Of a stretch of 64,000 nucleotides of DNA, positions 53,840 through 64,000 are shown one piece after another. The stretch comes from Balanoglossus misakiensis (taxonomy: Eukaryota; Animalia; Hemichordata), in assembly GCA_040954595.2 (NCBI GenBank), contig CM082577.2:16437903-16501902 (forward strand), read 5' to 3'. Under the pieces are notes generated by a model that did no database searches, was not told the DNA's origin, and saw only the letters and a list, made by a program, of their open reading frames with translations. Within the stretch, counting starts at the first letter, position 1; the number at the start of each line of letters is the position of its first letter. A program made the position numbers and the translations under genes.

Positions 53840-54035
53840 CTGTGTAGGGAACGTGACCCCCGAAACCACAAGCTCAGTCGCAAATTCGAAACTCGCCTCA
53901 CTACCGAAAACACGCTAAAGGCAAGCATGCACGCAAAAAGTATTGAAATTATTTATTAAGACAAAAAACCACCGAAAACACAAAAAGTATTGAGATTTAA
54001 AAATCACCAAGCGACTAGTGGGCTAGTCTACGCTA
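53840..54035. repeat. Dispersed repeat, inverted copy of about 16737-16925
   Basis: CCCGAAACCACAAGCTCAGTC..AAATCACCAAGCGACTAGTGG is the reverse complement of the 16.8-kb sequence. Confidence 0.75.
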
Positions 54036-54132
54036 AATTATGAATCTGAAGAATCAGGAATGATTGTACAGAAAATCCACCCGTGCTTATTAAATTGATA
54101 AATTGTTTATATAATTCTTTAAACCCCTTAAC

Positions 54133-54135
<3 letters not shown>

Positions 54136-54208
<73 letters not shown>
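54136..54208. repeat. (TAA)n microsatellite
   Basis: Directly visible. Confidence 0.97.
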
Positions 54209-54210
<2 letters not shown>

Positions 54211-54283
54211 AAAGTAGGTGTATAATAAAAATTACTGGTAGTATTATACCAAAAATGAACTAAAATACGTTGTAAAAAAATGT

Positions 54284-55389
54284 TCAAAGTCCATCTAAAT
54301 GCTCGTTCAATCTCTCCAACGTGTGGTGGATGTTGGCAATCGTATCTGGAAGGTCATTCCTTAAAAAATTAATGTATAATTCGTGGGCTTCACGGACTAG
54401 TTGATATAGCCGCACTCTACCCTGTCGTGGTTGCTGCCTATAGGGAAGGGGTTCTTCCGGCAAGGGGATGTCCCTTGCGTCCGCAGCATCAGCAGGGTCT
54501 TCTGCTGGTCCGGGCACAGGCTCTTCCCGTTGATCGAATGGATATTGAATCAGATATGGATCGGGAGTCATCATAGAAACAGGTCCAGGGGCCTGTCTTT
54601 CCGGCAATGGTGGCACAACCGGAACAGGCGGCTGAATTGGCTGTCCACCAGCCTGAGCCTGAACCACCCCTGGCATGAGTGGTACAGCAGCTGCCAGCAA
54701 CTGCGGCTGGCCTCCTTGATGTCTGGCTCTTCTCTCATCGGGGGGGGGGGAGCTAGGGCCGCATAGCGCATCTCTTTCTCTCTCATTTGACGAGCATTGT
54801 AATGATAAGAAAAACGAACAATACAGTTTCTGGATGTGAGAGAACAAAGGTACTACTCAGGCCAAGAAAAATGTGTAGCCAGTAACACTACCAATCTTAT
54901 TTTAAACACTGTCTGACCCTATATGTTATTTTCGCCATTTCAGAGAAAATCCCGCGAAATTACGACAGATTAGCGGGAAATTTGAAATCAAACGTAATTG
55001 CCGCCACTATTCTATCAAGGGTTTGGTCTGTATGTATTCCCCAGAAAATACATCAGGCCGGCAACAAAAAAACGTTATGTTTGTACATACTAGCTTTATT
55101 ATTACTGACGTCAAGTTCTCAAAATAATCTATAACAAATTGACAACTCGCCCAGCTACACGCCTTATCACAATATTGCGAACACGTCGCCGTAGTTGTCG
55201 CATGAGACCGTTGGTGTACAGCCTCACGGTTTCTTCCGGCAAACCACTTTGTATCATCAAGCGAGGGGGTTGCCTGATAAAACGGACGATGGCGTCATAA
55301 TCAGTATTATGGACTCGCATTCCGGCAGAAACTAGTCCGATTTCGGCTTCTGTTACAGGAACGCGTGCTACACGTGGTGTTGCAGCCAT
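54284..55389 (-). pseudogene. Probable two-exon gene: Myb/SANT-like N-terminus, Pro-rich linker and helical C-terminus; likely transposon-associated and apparently damaged
   Basis: GC-rich ORFs MAATPRVARVPVTEAEIGLVSAGMRVHNTDYDAIVRF.. and ..YINFLRNDLPDTIANIHHTLERLNEHLDGL*. Donor-like GCGAGT, acceptor-like pyrimidine tract ending CAA, and a probable poly-C frameshift at about 54745. Confidence 0.45.
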
Positions 55390-56269
55390 GTTGGTTGTTG
55401 AGAAAGACAAAAGTTTTACATTGAGAGATGACCACCGTGATCTTTGGACTACGAGCACCTGTTTAACTTTGACTTTACAATAAGAATTGACCAATCAAAA
55501 CTAAACCGTAGAAAACGCTTCACGTTTGCAGTGATCTTTGTAATGCAAATCCCCAGGAGATCCACAGAGACACATTAATTTGTATCATAACTTAAGGTAG
55601 TATCTGTTTGCCGACGGCAATGATACATAATTATTTATTGTATTTTTTGACATTAAGGTCTTTTATTCTGAACATCTGAGACATTCTGAACATTTCGAGC
55701 CAATTGTATGTATTGTGTATAACACACGTAAAGAGATTTTGTTTACCGTTTTTTGATATGCATTCGGATTTTTTTGGATTAAATCACATGTTTTAACTTG
55801 TTATAATAATGTTAATGACAGTATGAATCATATAGTCTGTGTAATTTTCGTATCTCTGTGGTTAGGAGAATTTAGTGTAAATTTCAGAGCGTTGGATAAC
55901 TTTGCAGAAAATTATGGGCTGAATATTGCAAATTGAGTGATTTTTACAAAATTCGGGAAGGTGCAAAATAGGACAAATTTGCCATTTTAGGACGTAATAT
56001 TCAAAATAAAAAATCACCGAAATCACTTTTTCAGTATAACTTGTGAGTAAAATACCCGGAATAAAGAATTAATGGCTGCGTATTGCCAACATATTTTCTA
56101 AATTAAAATGAATGCTTTAAAAATATGAATTTCATCATTTGTCACGATGAAATTGGCCAATTTTGGTAAAAGAAATCAAATGTTCACACCGATCACAATA
56201 AGCGCACCGTTTCGCATGCATTGCAAATCACTGAATACACATGTAATTTAAAAAGACATAAAATTAACT

Positions 56270-59200
56270 TATACCAGGTTGAATAATCTGTAGAGGGACC
56301 TTAGAGAATGGGATAAACCAATCAGAACATGCAATACATGTGTATAGGACGTGTAATGTAGGTCATTTTGAAACAGTCCTGTTTCATAAGTCAGGTCCAT
56401 GACATATGTACCGACATCTGTGATTGGTCCATCTGGTAATCTTAGGTCCACCTGCGGCACGCTGATTGGAGGGACCTTATGTGTTAGGTCTTATTATTAT
56501 GTATTATTCACTAGACCTTGTAGGTTAGGTCTTATTACTATGTATTATTCGCTTTACAGCTCCCTGATTGGTTAATGTGTAGGTCTGGTCCTCCAGTGTT
56601 CACTGCCTCATTATGCAGGACCTTGTAGGTTAGGTCTTATTAATATGTATTTATTCAATTTTCAGCTCCCTGATTGGTTAATGTGTAGGTCTCCAGATTT
56701 CACTGCCTCGTTATGCAAAGTCTTTTGTACTTTCTGAATACAGTTGTCGTATTCTGTCTGGCATGCTGCCTGCGCGTGGTCGAAGCTCGATCCCAGTGTA
56801 TAAAGAAAGGCACTCATATAATGATTGGATTTCACCTTTTCCTTCACACTATTCATGGCATTTTATGTGATACTGTGAACTAGATACTCGAAATAAAAAT
56901 TGCCAGGAGAAATTTAGTATTTTATTTCCAGGGGCGGTTTGTTGAAATGGGCTAGTGTTTTGTTACGTAATGTCTTTCAGCGCATCACTTCGTGTAACAC
57001 CTGGCTGAATACGAATGTGTGCTATTCATTCGAGCAAACCAAAAATATCTTACAATAGAATTGTTTAGAATAGCATTGCATTTCTTTGGGATACCTCATT
57101 AGTTGCTTTGCAGGTATGATAACTTTTATTGTACTTCTTTCACGAAGCTGCACCGTCATAGTTCCATTTTTATGAAAACAATATAGGAATGTATAAACGG
57201 ACAACGTGGTCATTATCACAACATCTTCGTCAAAACAAATTTACTTTAAAATAGTAATAACAACAATAATAAAATTGATGATGAGAAGTAGGAGGGTGAT
57301 TAAAAAATACACAACTGTTAGCAAAAATGCTTAGATGAGTAAATCAGATTTTCAAAGTCCATCTAAATGATCATTTAATCTTTCCAGGGTGCGGTTTATG
57401 TTGGAGATAGTATCAGTCAGGCTATTTCTCAGAAAATCAATGAACGATCTGCGGACAAACCGAATAATGTGTTACCACAACGCTAGCCAGGAAGCACATG
57501 GGACATTTCACAATGAGGCAGTGAACACTGGGGGGACCAGACTGACACGTTAACCAATCAGGGAGCTGTATGGTGAATAAATACATATTAATAAGACCTA
57601 ACCTACAAGGTCGTGCATAATGAGGCAGTGAACACTGGAGGACCAGACCTACACAATAACCAATCAGGGAGCTGTAAAGTGAATAATACATAGTAATAAG
57701 ACCTAACCTACAAGGTCTGGTGAATAATGCATAGTAATAAGACCTAACACATAAGGTCCCTCCAATCAGCGAGCCGCAAGTGGACCTTAGAGAAGCGGAT
57801 AAACCAATCAGAACATGCAATACATGTGCATAGGACGTGTAATGTAGGTCATTTTGAAACAGGACTAGTAGGACTACTAGTCGACCATAAGTCAGGTCCA
57901 AGACATATGTACCGACATCTGTGATTGGTCGATCTGGTAATCTTAGGTCCACTTGCGGCACGCTGATTGGAGGGACCTTATAGGTTAGGTCTTATTACTA
58001 TGTATTATTCACTAGACCTTGTAGGTTAGGTCTTATTACTATGTATTTATTCACCATACAGCTCCCTGATTGGTTAATGTGTATAGTCTCCAGTTTTTAC
58101 TGCCTCGTTATGCAAAGTCTTTTGTACTTTCTGAATACAGTTGTCGTATTCTGTCTGCCATGCTGCCTGCGCGTGGTCGAAGCTCGATTCCACTGTATAA
58201 AGAAAGGCACTCGTGTGATGATTGGATTTCACCTTGTTCTAGAGTTCCTTCACTATTCTTGGCATTTTATGTGATACTGTGAACTAGATACTCGAAATAA
58301 AAATTGCCATGAGAAATTTTGTATTTTATTTTCAGTGGCGGTTTGTTGAAATGGGCTAGTGTTTTGTTACGTAATGCCTTTCAGCGCATCACTTCGTGTA
58401 ACACCTGGCTGAATATGAAGTCTGTGCTATTCCATCGAGCAAACCAAATAAATCTTAGAAGAGAAATGCTTTGGGACACATCATTAGTTGCTTTACAAGT
58501 ATGATTACTTTTTAATTTAACTTCGTTCACGAAGCTGCACCGTCATAGTTCCCTAACTTTTTATGAAAACAATATACGAATGTATAAATGGACAACGTGC
58601 TCTTTATCACAACATCTTCGTCAAAACAAATTTACATTAAAATAGTAATAACAATAGTAATAATATTGATGATGAGAAGTAGGAGGGTGATTTAAAAAAT
58701 AGTAGTATTATACCAACTGGTAGCTAAAATGCTTAGATGAGTTAATCAGATTTTCAAAGTCCATCTAAGATCATTTAATCTTTCCAGGGTGCGGTTTATG
58801 TTGGAGATAGTATCAGTCAGGCTATTTCTCAGGAAATCATTTAACAATCTGCGGACATCCCTAATAATGTGTTACCACAACGGTAGCCAGGAAGCACTTG
58901 AGACATTTCACAATGAGGCAGTGAACACATGGGGGACCAGACCTACACATTAACCAATCAGGAATCTGTAAAGTGAATAATACATACTAATTAAAGCTGC
59001 AAGCAGCGTTGAAGGGGCCCAAGCATAGTGTGAATAACCATTAGACTCCATTCAGTGTTGTACAATTCAAATGCGTAGACTGTATTTGCTCTCGATGTTG
59101 AGATATTGGGAAGTAGCCAACCACCCGAAATGCATGTCCTACAAGTACAAACACAACAACCAAAGGTGAACTTCTACGTTGTAAGTACTTCAGTAAGTAC

Positions 59201-61160
59201 ATCAAAGGTCAGCTGAGGTACCCAAAATTGGGACAAAAATTAGGATTCTCTTTTGGTTCATATTCAAGACAACGGAAAATCCCCGCCCTTTGGGTTTGTC
59301 AAATTAGATATGGCCATAATAATGAGTTACGCAAGTAAGTTACAGGTGGCCCCAGGAATTTAGCATTTCATGACACAGAGGGTCCTACCCTACCCCTCCA
59401 AACACCTGGCTATATATGATGTGCATGCTAACATATGGAAAGCAGGTCAATGGACACCTGACGTCACCCAAAAATTTGACAATAAATTGTCATTCCTGTT
59501 TATGTCATGTGCAACAAATCATGCATCTGCAGCCCTTCCACTTTGCCTACCATTAGGTATACATGTAATACATGAATCAAGCAGGTGTCACAGGTATCCC
59601 CTTGTATTTGGCATTTCATGATAATTTCATCCCTCCAAATACCAAAGCTGCACCTGTACAACGTGCTGAGATGTGGCACTGTACGACAGAGGTCATCCAA
59701 ATCACCTTATACGTTTGGGCAAAAATCAACTGACACACATTCGTCCCTGTGGAACAAAAACCACACATATCGCCCCGTTGGTTAGTGTAAAATTAAATGT
59801 ACAAAATCAATGACTTTGGCAGGTGCAACAGGTGACCCCGCCTTTGGTATACCATTATGGTCCTATCCGTATATCCCCCCACTCCAAACCTGCATGCATC
59901 TGCTTTTATTCACTAAGCAAAAGCAGGTGAAATGTCACATAAGGTCGCCCACAACTTGACAGGAAAATCGGACTTCATATTGATCCATGTGCAACAAAAA
60001 TCACGCTAGCATCCCTTTCATTGACCCCACAATTACGCATGCACATAATTGAGTTACGCAGGTGACCCCCGAAACGGGCGTATTATTTTGGTCCCATACA
60101 GCTGCATGAACCTACGTGCCATTACGGGCGACCTGATAACCCCCACGGCCACCTGCGAGCCGACCCCCATACTGAACATCCAGTTGCAATGTCTTGACTG
60201 AAGTAGGAACTTTTGAACGGCAACGAAGCCTGATCTCTGATTATTGCTGGTACCATACTCCCTTCGTGCAAGAAAATCACTGGTCTGCTTACGTATTCGG
60301 CCGATTTCCCGAACTAATACCCACTACATGTGACTACCATGCTAATGAAACCTGACTCGCCCATTAGCGACTGAGGGTCAAAGTCCACTGCCGCAATGTT
60401 AACCAGTGTAGCCGGGTCTGGATAGAAACATTTGAACGGCAACAGCTAACAAACTCAGCGTACTTCAATAAAACGCCCTAACACAGACTGAACTCTGATA
60501 ATGTGTTGTCCCAAAATTCATTCCGTGGAAAATAATCACTGGTCTGTTTACGTATTTCAGCCGATTTTCCAACGAAGTGTGTACCCTGCTAATGAGACCT
60601 CCGCAGGATTACGTAATGACAGTGAAAGTCCGATACCCAAGTGTTCGTCCTCAGCCCACCAAAAAATGCGAAAAATATTACAAAAATCTTCTTCTCAAAA
60701 TCGACTTGGCCTAGGACCTTGAAATTTGGCACAGGCGATTTTGGCCACATAGTCTACAAAAATCGCGAAAAGAATGTACATGCCCCCATTAACGTGCACA
60801 TTAGGTCAATTTGAAAATTTCGCTCGATTACAGACACAAAGTCACGTGACTAATTACAAATTCAAAGGGCAGGTGCACTAGTACTCATGGGCCCCAACCA
60901 CCGTGCAAAATTTGGTAGGCGCAGCTGCCGGAATTTCAGAGAAAAACGGGCGCAAAAAAACGACTCAAGAAGAAAGAAGAAAAACTCCAGCAATAACAGA
61001 AGGGGACCAAGCGCCTGAGGGCGCTTGGTCCCCTAATAAGACCTAACACATAAGGTCCCCCAAATCAGCGTGCCGCAAGTGGACCTCAGAGAAGCGGATA
61101 AACCAATCAGAACATGCAATACATGTGTATAGGACGTGTAATGTAGGTCATTTTGAAACT
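56270..61160. repeat. Tandem units of about 1.4-1.5 kb with internal direct and inverted sub-repeats, interrupted by a 2-kb insertion
   Basis: GGATAAACCAATCAGAACATGCAATACATGTG recurs at about 56311, 57797 and 61096; blocks 56700-57530 and 58090-58940 are near-identical. Confidence 0.85.
58990..61036 (-). mobile_element. Non-autonomous element with terminal hairpin and subterminal inverted repeat (Crypton- or Helentron-like; superfamily uncertain)
   Basis: Interrupts TACATACTAAT|AAGACCTAAC with TAAT at both ends. One end is AAAGCTGCAAGCAGC..GGGCCCAAGC, the other the hairpin GGGGACCAAGCGCC-TGAG-GGCGCTTGGTCCCC. Confidence 0.7.
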
Positions 61161-61286
61161 ACTTGGCTATGGGCCACTGCCGTGATCCCAGAGCGCCCGG
61201 TTCAAATTTCTGGCCGTGAACTTATTTTTCTCGGCGCATTTTTGCAAATCGTACTGTTTTATAGGTAGGCATGTATGATAAAATGG

Positions 61287-61428
61287 GGGTATTACACGAA
61301 TTTTGGTCGATAACGCGACGCATTCTCGTGATGTCCTTATTTTGACTTGTTGCGAAGCGCAACTCGTCAAAATAAGGACATCATTCGAATACGACGCGTT
61401 ATGGAACAAAATTCGTGTAATAACCCCT
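61287..61428. repeat. Palindrome of about 140 bp, probably the end of a non-autonomous element
   Basis: GGGGTTATTACACGAATTTTG..GATGTCCTTATTTTGAC / GTCAAAATAAGGACATC..CAAAATTCGTGTAATAACCCC. Confidence 0.75.
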
Positions 61429-62608
61429 TAATAATCGTAATGTAGATTTCTTGGCTCCAATGTTTTAGACCACAAGCTACTGAAGATTCGTGCGGGTGGG
61501 TGCAGTGACATATAGTATTAAAACGAACCCGAGTCTCAAAATTACCATATTAGGAGCATTACCAGGTGCAGTAAATCTCGGAGGGGTCGAGTAGTTCCAG
61601 GCGCGTCAATGACGGGTGCTCATTCGATTTGTGACAGCCCAGCTCAAGGGAGCTTTGCAAGTAAGTTCTGCAATTGTTTCTCTCTCGGTAGTAAATTCGG
61701 TACAGATAAATTATATTCCAAGCACGCTCCAAAATACTCAATCAAGTCGTATACCGGGAAGACTAGCACCTTATGTACGTACGTATGACTCATGTCCACC
61801 CCACGGTATCAAAACAGTCCAACACGGCGCCTCGACACTGAAAATAAGCCAGCAGGAGTGACTAGTGCATTTCCGTGAAGCTGGCTTGGCCGACTGAGCC
61901 ATGTAATGTACACTGCAAAGAGTGAACGCGCTGGTTCGCTGAAGAACCGTAGCTCGAGATTTTGCCTGCCTGGTATTGATAATGTGTGTGGATGTGCACA
62001 GGTTAAGGTTGCCGACCGAAATTCCGTCCGGGCACTTTCGAAATTAGTTTTTTTTCCTTCGTGTCGGGCCTCCCTTCCTGCCTAAGTCGCCTTCCCGTCC
62101 CATTTTACAACCTAAACTGTTGAAAATAAATCTCATTATTTAGCGAGATCTTCAGTGTTTTCACCAGTCTATCACATGCTTCTTCCCTGCTGTAAGCCGC
62201 TGTCGTCTTCGACATTGAATGACATAATACTCTTGGTGAATACATGTACTAGGACACTTGTGGTAAACCCTGATGCGTGACATTGGCTACCTTCTGTATT
62301 CCTTTACATCAAATCACATTTTTTGGGGGGGGGGGGGGGAACGTCATAATCTCAGGTTGTCAATTGGCAATCCTTGTTGTAGTCTATCGGATTGCCCACA
62401 TGACACGCAGATTTGGATTATACTGATCAGGTTGTTTTTATTTCAGCGGGAATGAGGACAACCATTGGTGTAAGCAGAAGTGGAGATTTTGACTAATTGA
62501 AGGTCGCACTGCAGTCATCTTGTGTGAATGAAGAATCCGAACAGCGTATGCATACTGAGTCTAAAAATAGCCTGGCTTAGATAGACAGTCTTTAGGGAAC
62601 CTGCGAGG

Positions 62609-64000
62609 ATGGGAAAAGTGGAATGGATGATGTATCAGACACACAGATATAACGCGTGCTGGCTAAGTATGGCTACATTTTCATGCCTGTTGGTTACAGC
62701 CATATTATTACTGCAGAGGTCTGTCTCTGTAGGTAGGTCAAACCACACTTTTCGGCATAATAGGCCACTTTCATGAAACACACACACAAGCGCGTACGTA
62801 TGTACATACATACATTGTAGGTCGAATTTAGCGTCTTTAATTGGACAAAAACTTTGTAAATATTGCTAAAATACCACTTATAAACAAGTAAAGGAACATC
62901 TATACACCAATCTCAGTTGAATTGTAATTTATGTTTTTTTTCTATTCTGTAGAAATAGCTCTCAGGCACAGAAAGACTGACCGTGAGGTGAGTAAACCTG
63001 TATGTCATGGAATGGAGGGGTTCCCTCAAATGGTATGACAATCAATTGTACATGACTCCATGTTGGATCGATTGAAATTACAGGGTTATTAATTGACTAT
63101 TTTTTTATAATTTTAAAATTCCATATTGGGCTCTGCAGCTCTACTAGAAAATGACTCAAAATATTTTCCTCTCAACACAGGGATTTATTCAGGGAACGTT
63201 TAGTAAGAATTGTATGATATAACCTAAATAAGTTTGTTGTCTGTCAACTTTTCTGACTTTGTCTTACCGATACGGTTCTAACTGGAACATTGAGGTTTTT
63301 CTGCTAGTATACAATGGCACGGTATAATTATCTGCATGATACAGTGAGCCCTCTTTTGGTGAACTCTTCCTACCGCCTGACCTCCATGCCTTACTAGTAA
63401 AGCATGTTGGCGGTCAGCTGGAGGGGTCAGGCGGTAGGAAGAGTTCACCAAAAGAGGCTCACTGTATCATGCATATAGTTATACCGTGCCATTGTATACT
63501 AGCAGAAAAACCTCAATGTTCCAGTTAGAACCGTATCGGTAAGACAAAGACGGAAGAGTTGACAGACTACAAATTTATTCAGTTTATATCATATAAATCT
63601 TACTATACGTTCCCTGAATAAATCCCTGTGCTCTCTACACATTCAAAAGATGTGCCCATGTTATTAATGCTGTATCTCGATTTTCTTTCAGGCTGCCAGA
63701 CAAATTGTCAATTACTCCAAGTACCCAGTGGAGGAAAGGCAAAGGTTGCTGCGCGAACACGTACACTCCAGCTGTCGGTCGAAAGATGCGAGCAGCAAGA
63801 TGCCAGGAGATGTGAATTCACTGCACTTCCTCCCCAACAATGCGATCATCAACAAAAAACACAGGCTGATGTTTTGTGGAATTCCAAAAGCTGGTGTGTC
63901 TAGTTGGAAGAGGGTGTTCCTTCAGTTGCAAGGAACGTACAGCGGAATTTTCAACAGCACTTCAGAGATACACCACTATTTCGTCCACCACAATCAGAAC
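62609..64000 (+). CDS. Second carbohydrate sulfotransferase (CHST8-14 family). Exons 62609-62732, 62953-62987, 63692->64000; runs off the right edge
   Basis: Type II anchor ..WLSMATFSCLLVTAILLLQ, an in-phase mini-exon EIALRHRKTDRE, then ..KKHRLMFCGIPKAGVSSWKRVFLQL (canonical 5'-PSB motif). Confidence 0.88.
63176..63630. mobile_element. Near-perfect fold-back element of about 450 bp in the sulfotransferase intron
   Basis: Arms of about 210 bp: CACAGGGATTTATTCAGGGAACG..CCGCCTGACC / GGTCAGGCGG..CGTTCCCTGAATAAATCCCTGTG. Confidence 0.85.

Larger units (their letters stand above)
49944..54136. repeat. Tandem duplication of a unit of about 1.58 kb (49944-51528; 51529-54136 with inserts)
   Basis: Near-identical sequence from TAATTAAATAAAGAATTATATAAAAAT to AAACCCCTTAACTGG in both copies. 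Confidence 0.92.

Noticed and set aside
57437-57961. 174-aa ORF MPQVDLRLP..
   Set aside because: It runs through palindromic sub-repeats and is not kept open in the sister copy at 56269-56460
56455-58110. CRISPR-like short repeats
   Set aside because: The spacers are themselves repeated, orientation is mixed, there are no cas genes and the context is eukaryotic

Overview
AT-rich animal genomic DNA with spliceosomal introns. The gene and repeat content suggests a marine invertebrate deuterostome, but this is an inference. Intron-aware reading gives five protein-coding genes. (1) The first six coding exons of HGS/Hrs (- strand), continuing off the left edge. (2) A 3-exon Golgi carbohydrate sulfotransferase (-). 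(3) An 8-exon mitochondrial-clan cytochrome P450 (+). (4) A 13-exon gene (+, 32489-44197, about 644 aa) encoding signal peptide, two C-type lectin domains and a GAIN/GPS domain. It stops 18 residues after the HL|T autoproteolysis site, with no transmembrane region. (5) A second sulfotransferase running off the right edge (+). The lectin-GAIN gene has two pseudogenised partial paralogues in a local segmental duplication, and one unit of that duplication lacks the P450 coding region. There is also a decayed C2H2 zinc-finger array. Mobile DNA is abundant: a Crypton-like tyrosine-recombinase element with long inverted termini and a central palindrome, a Tc1 remnant with unusual catalytic spacing, LINE fragments and many MITEs. 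The 48-61 kb region is built from tandem duplications and carries unidentified ORF remnants. All exon boundaries were read by eye from GT/AG sites and reading-frame phase; no database searches were run.
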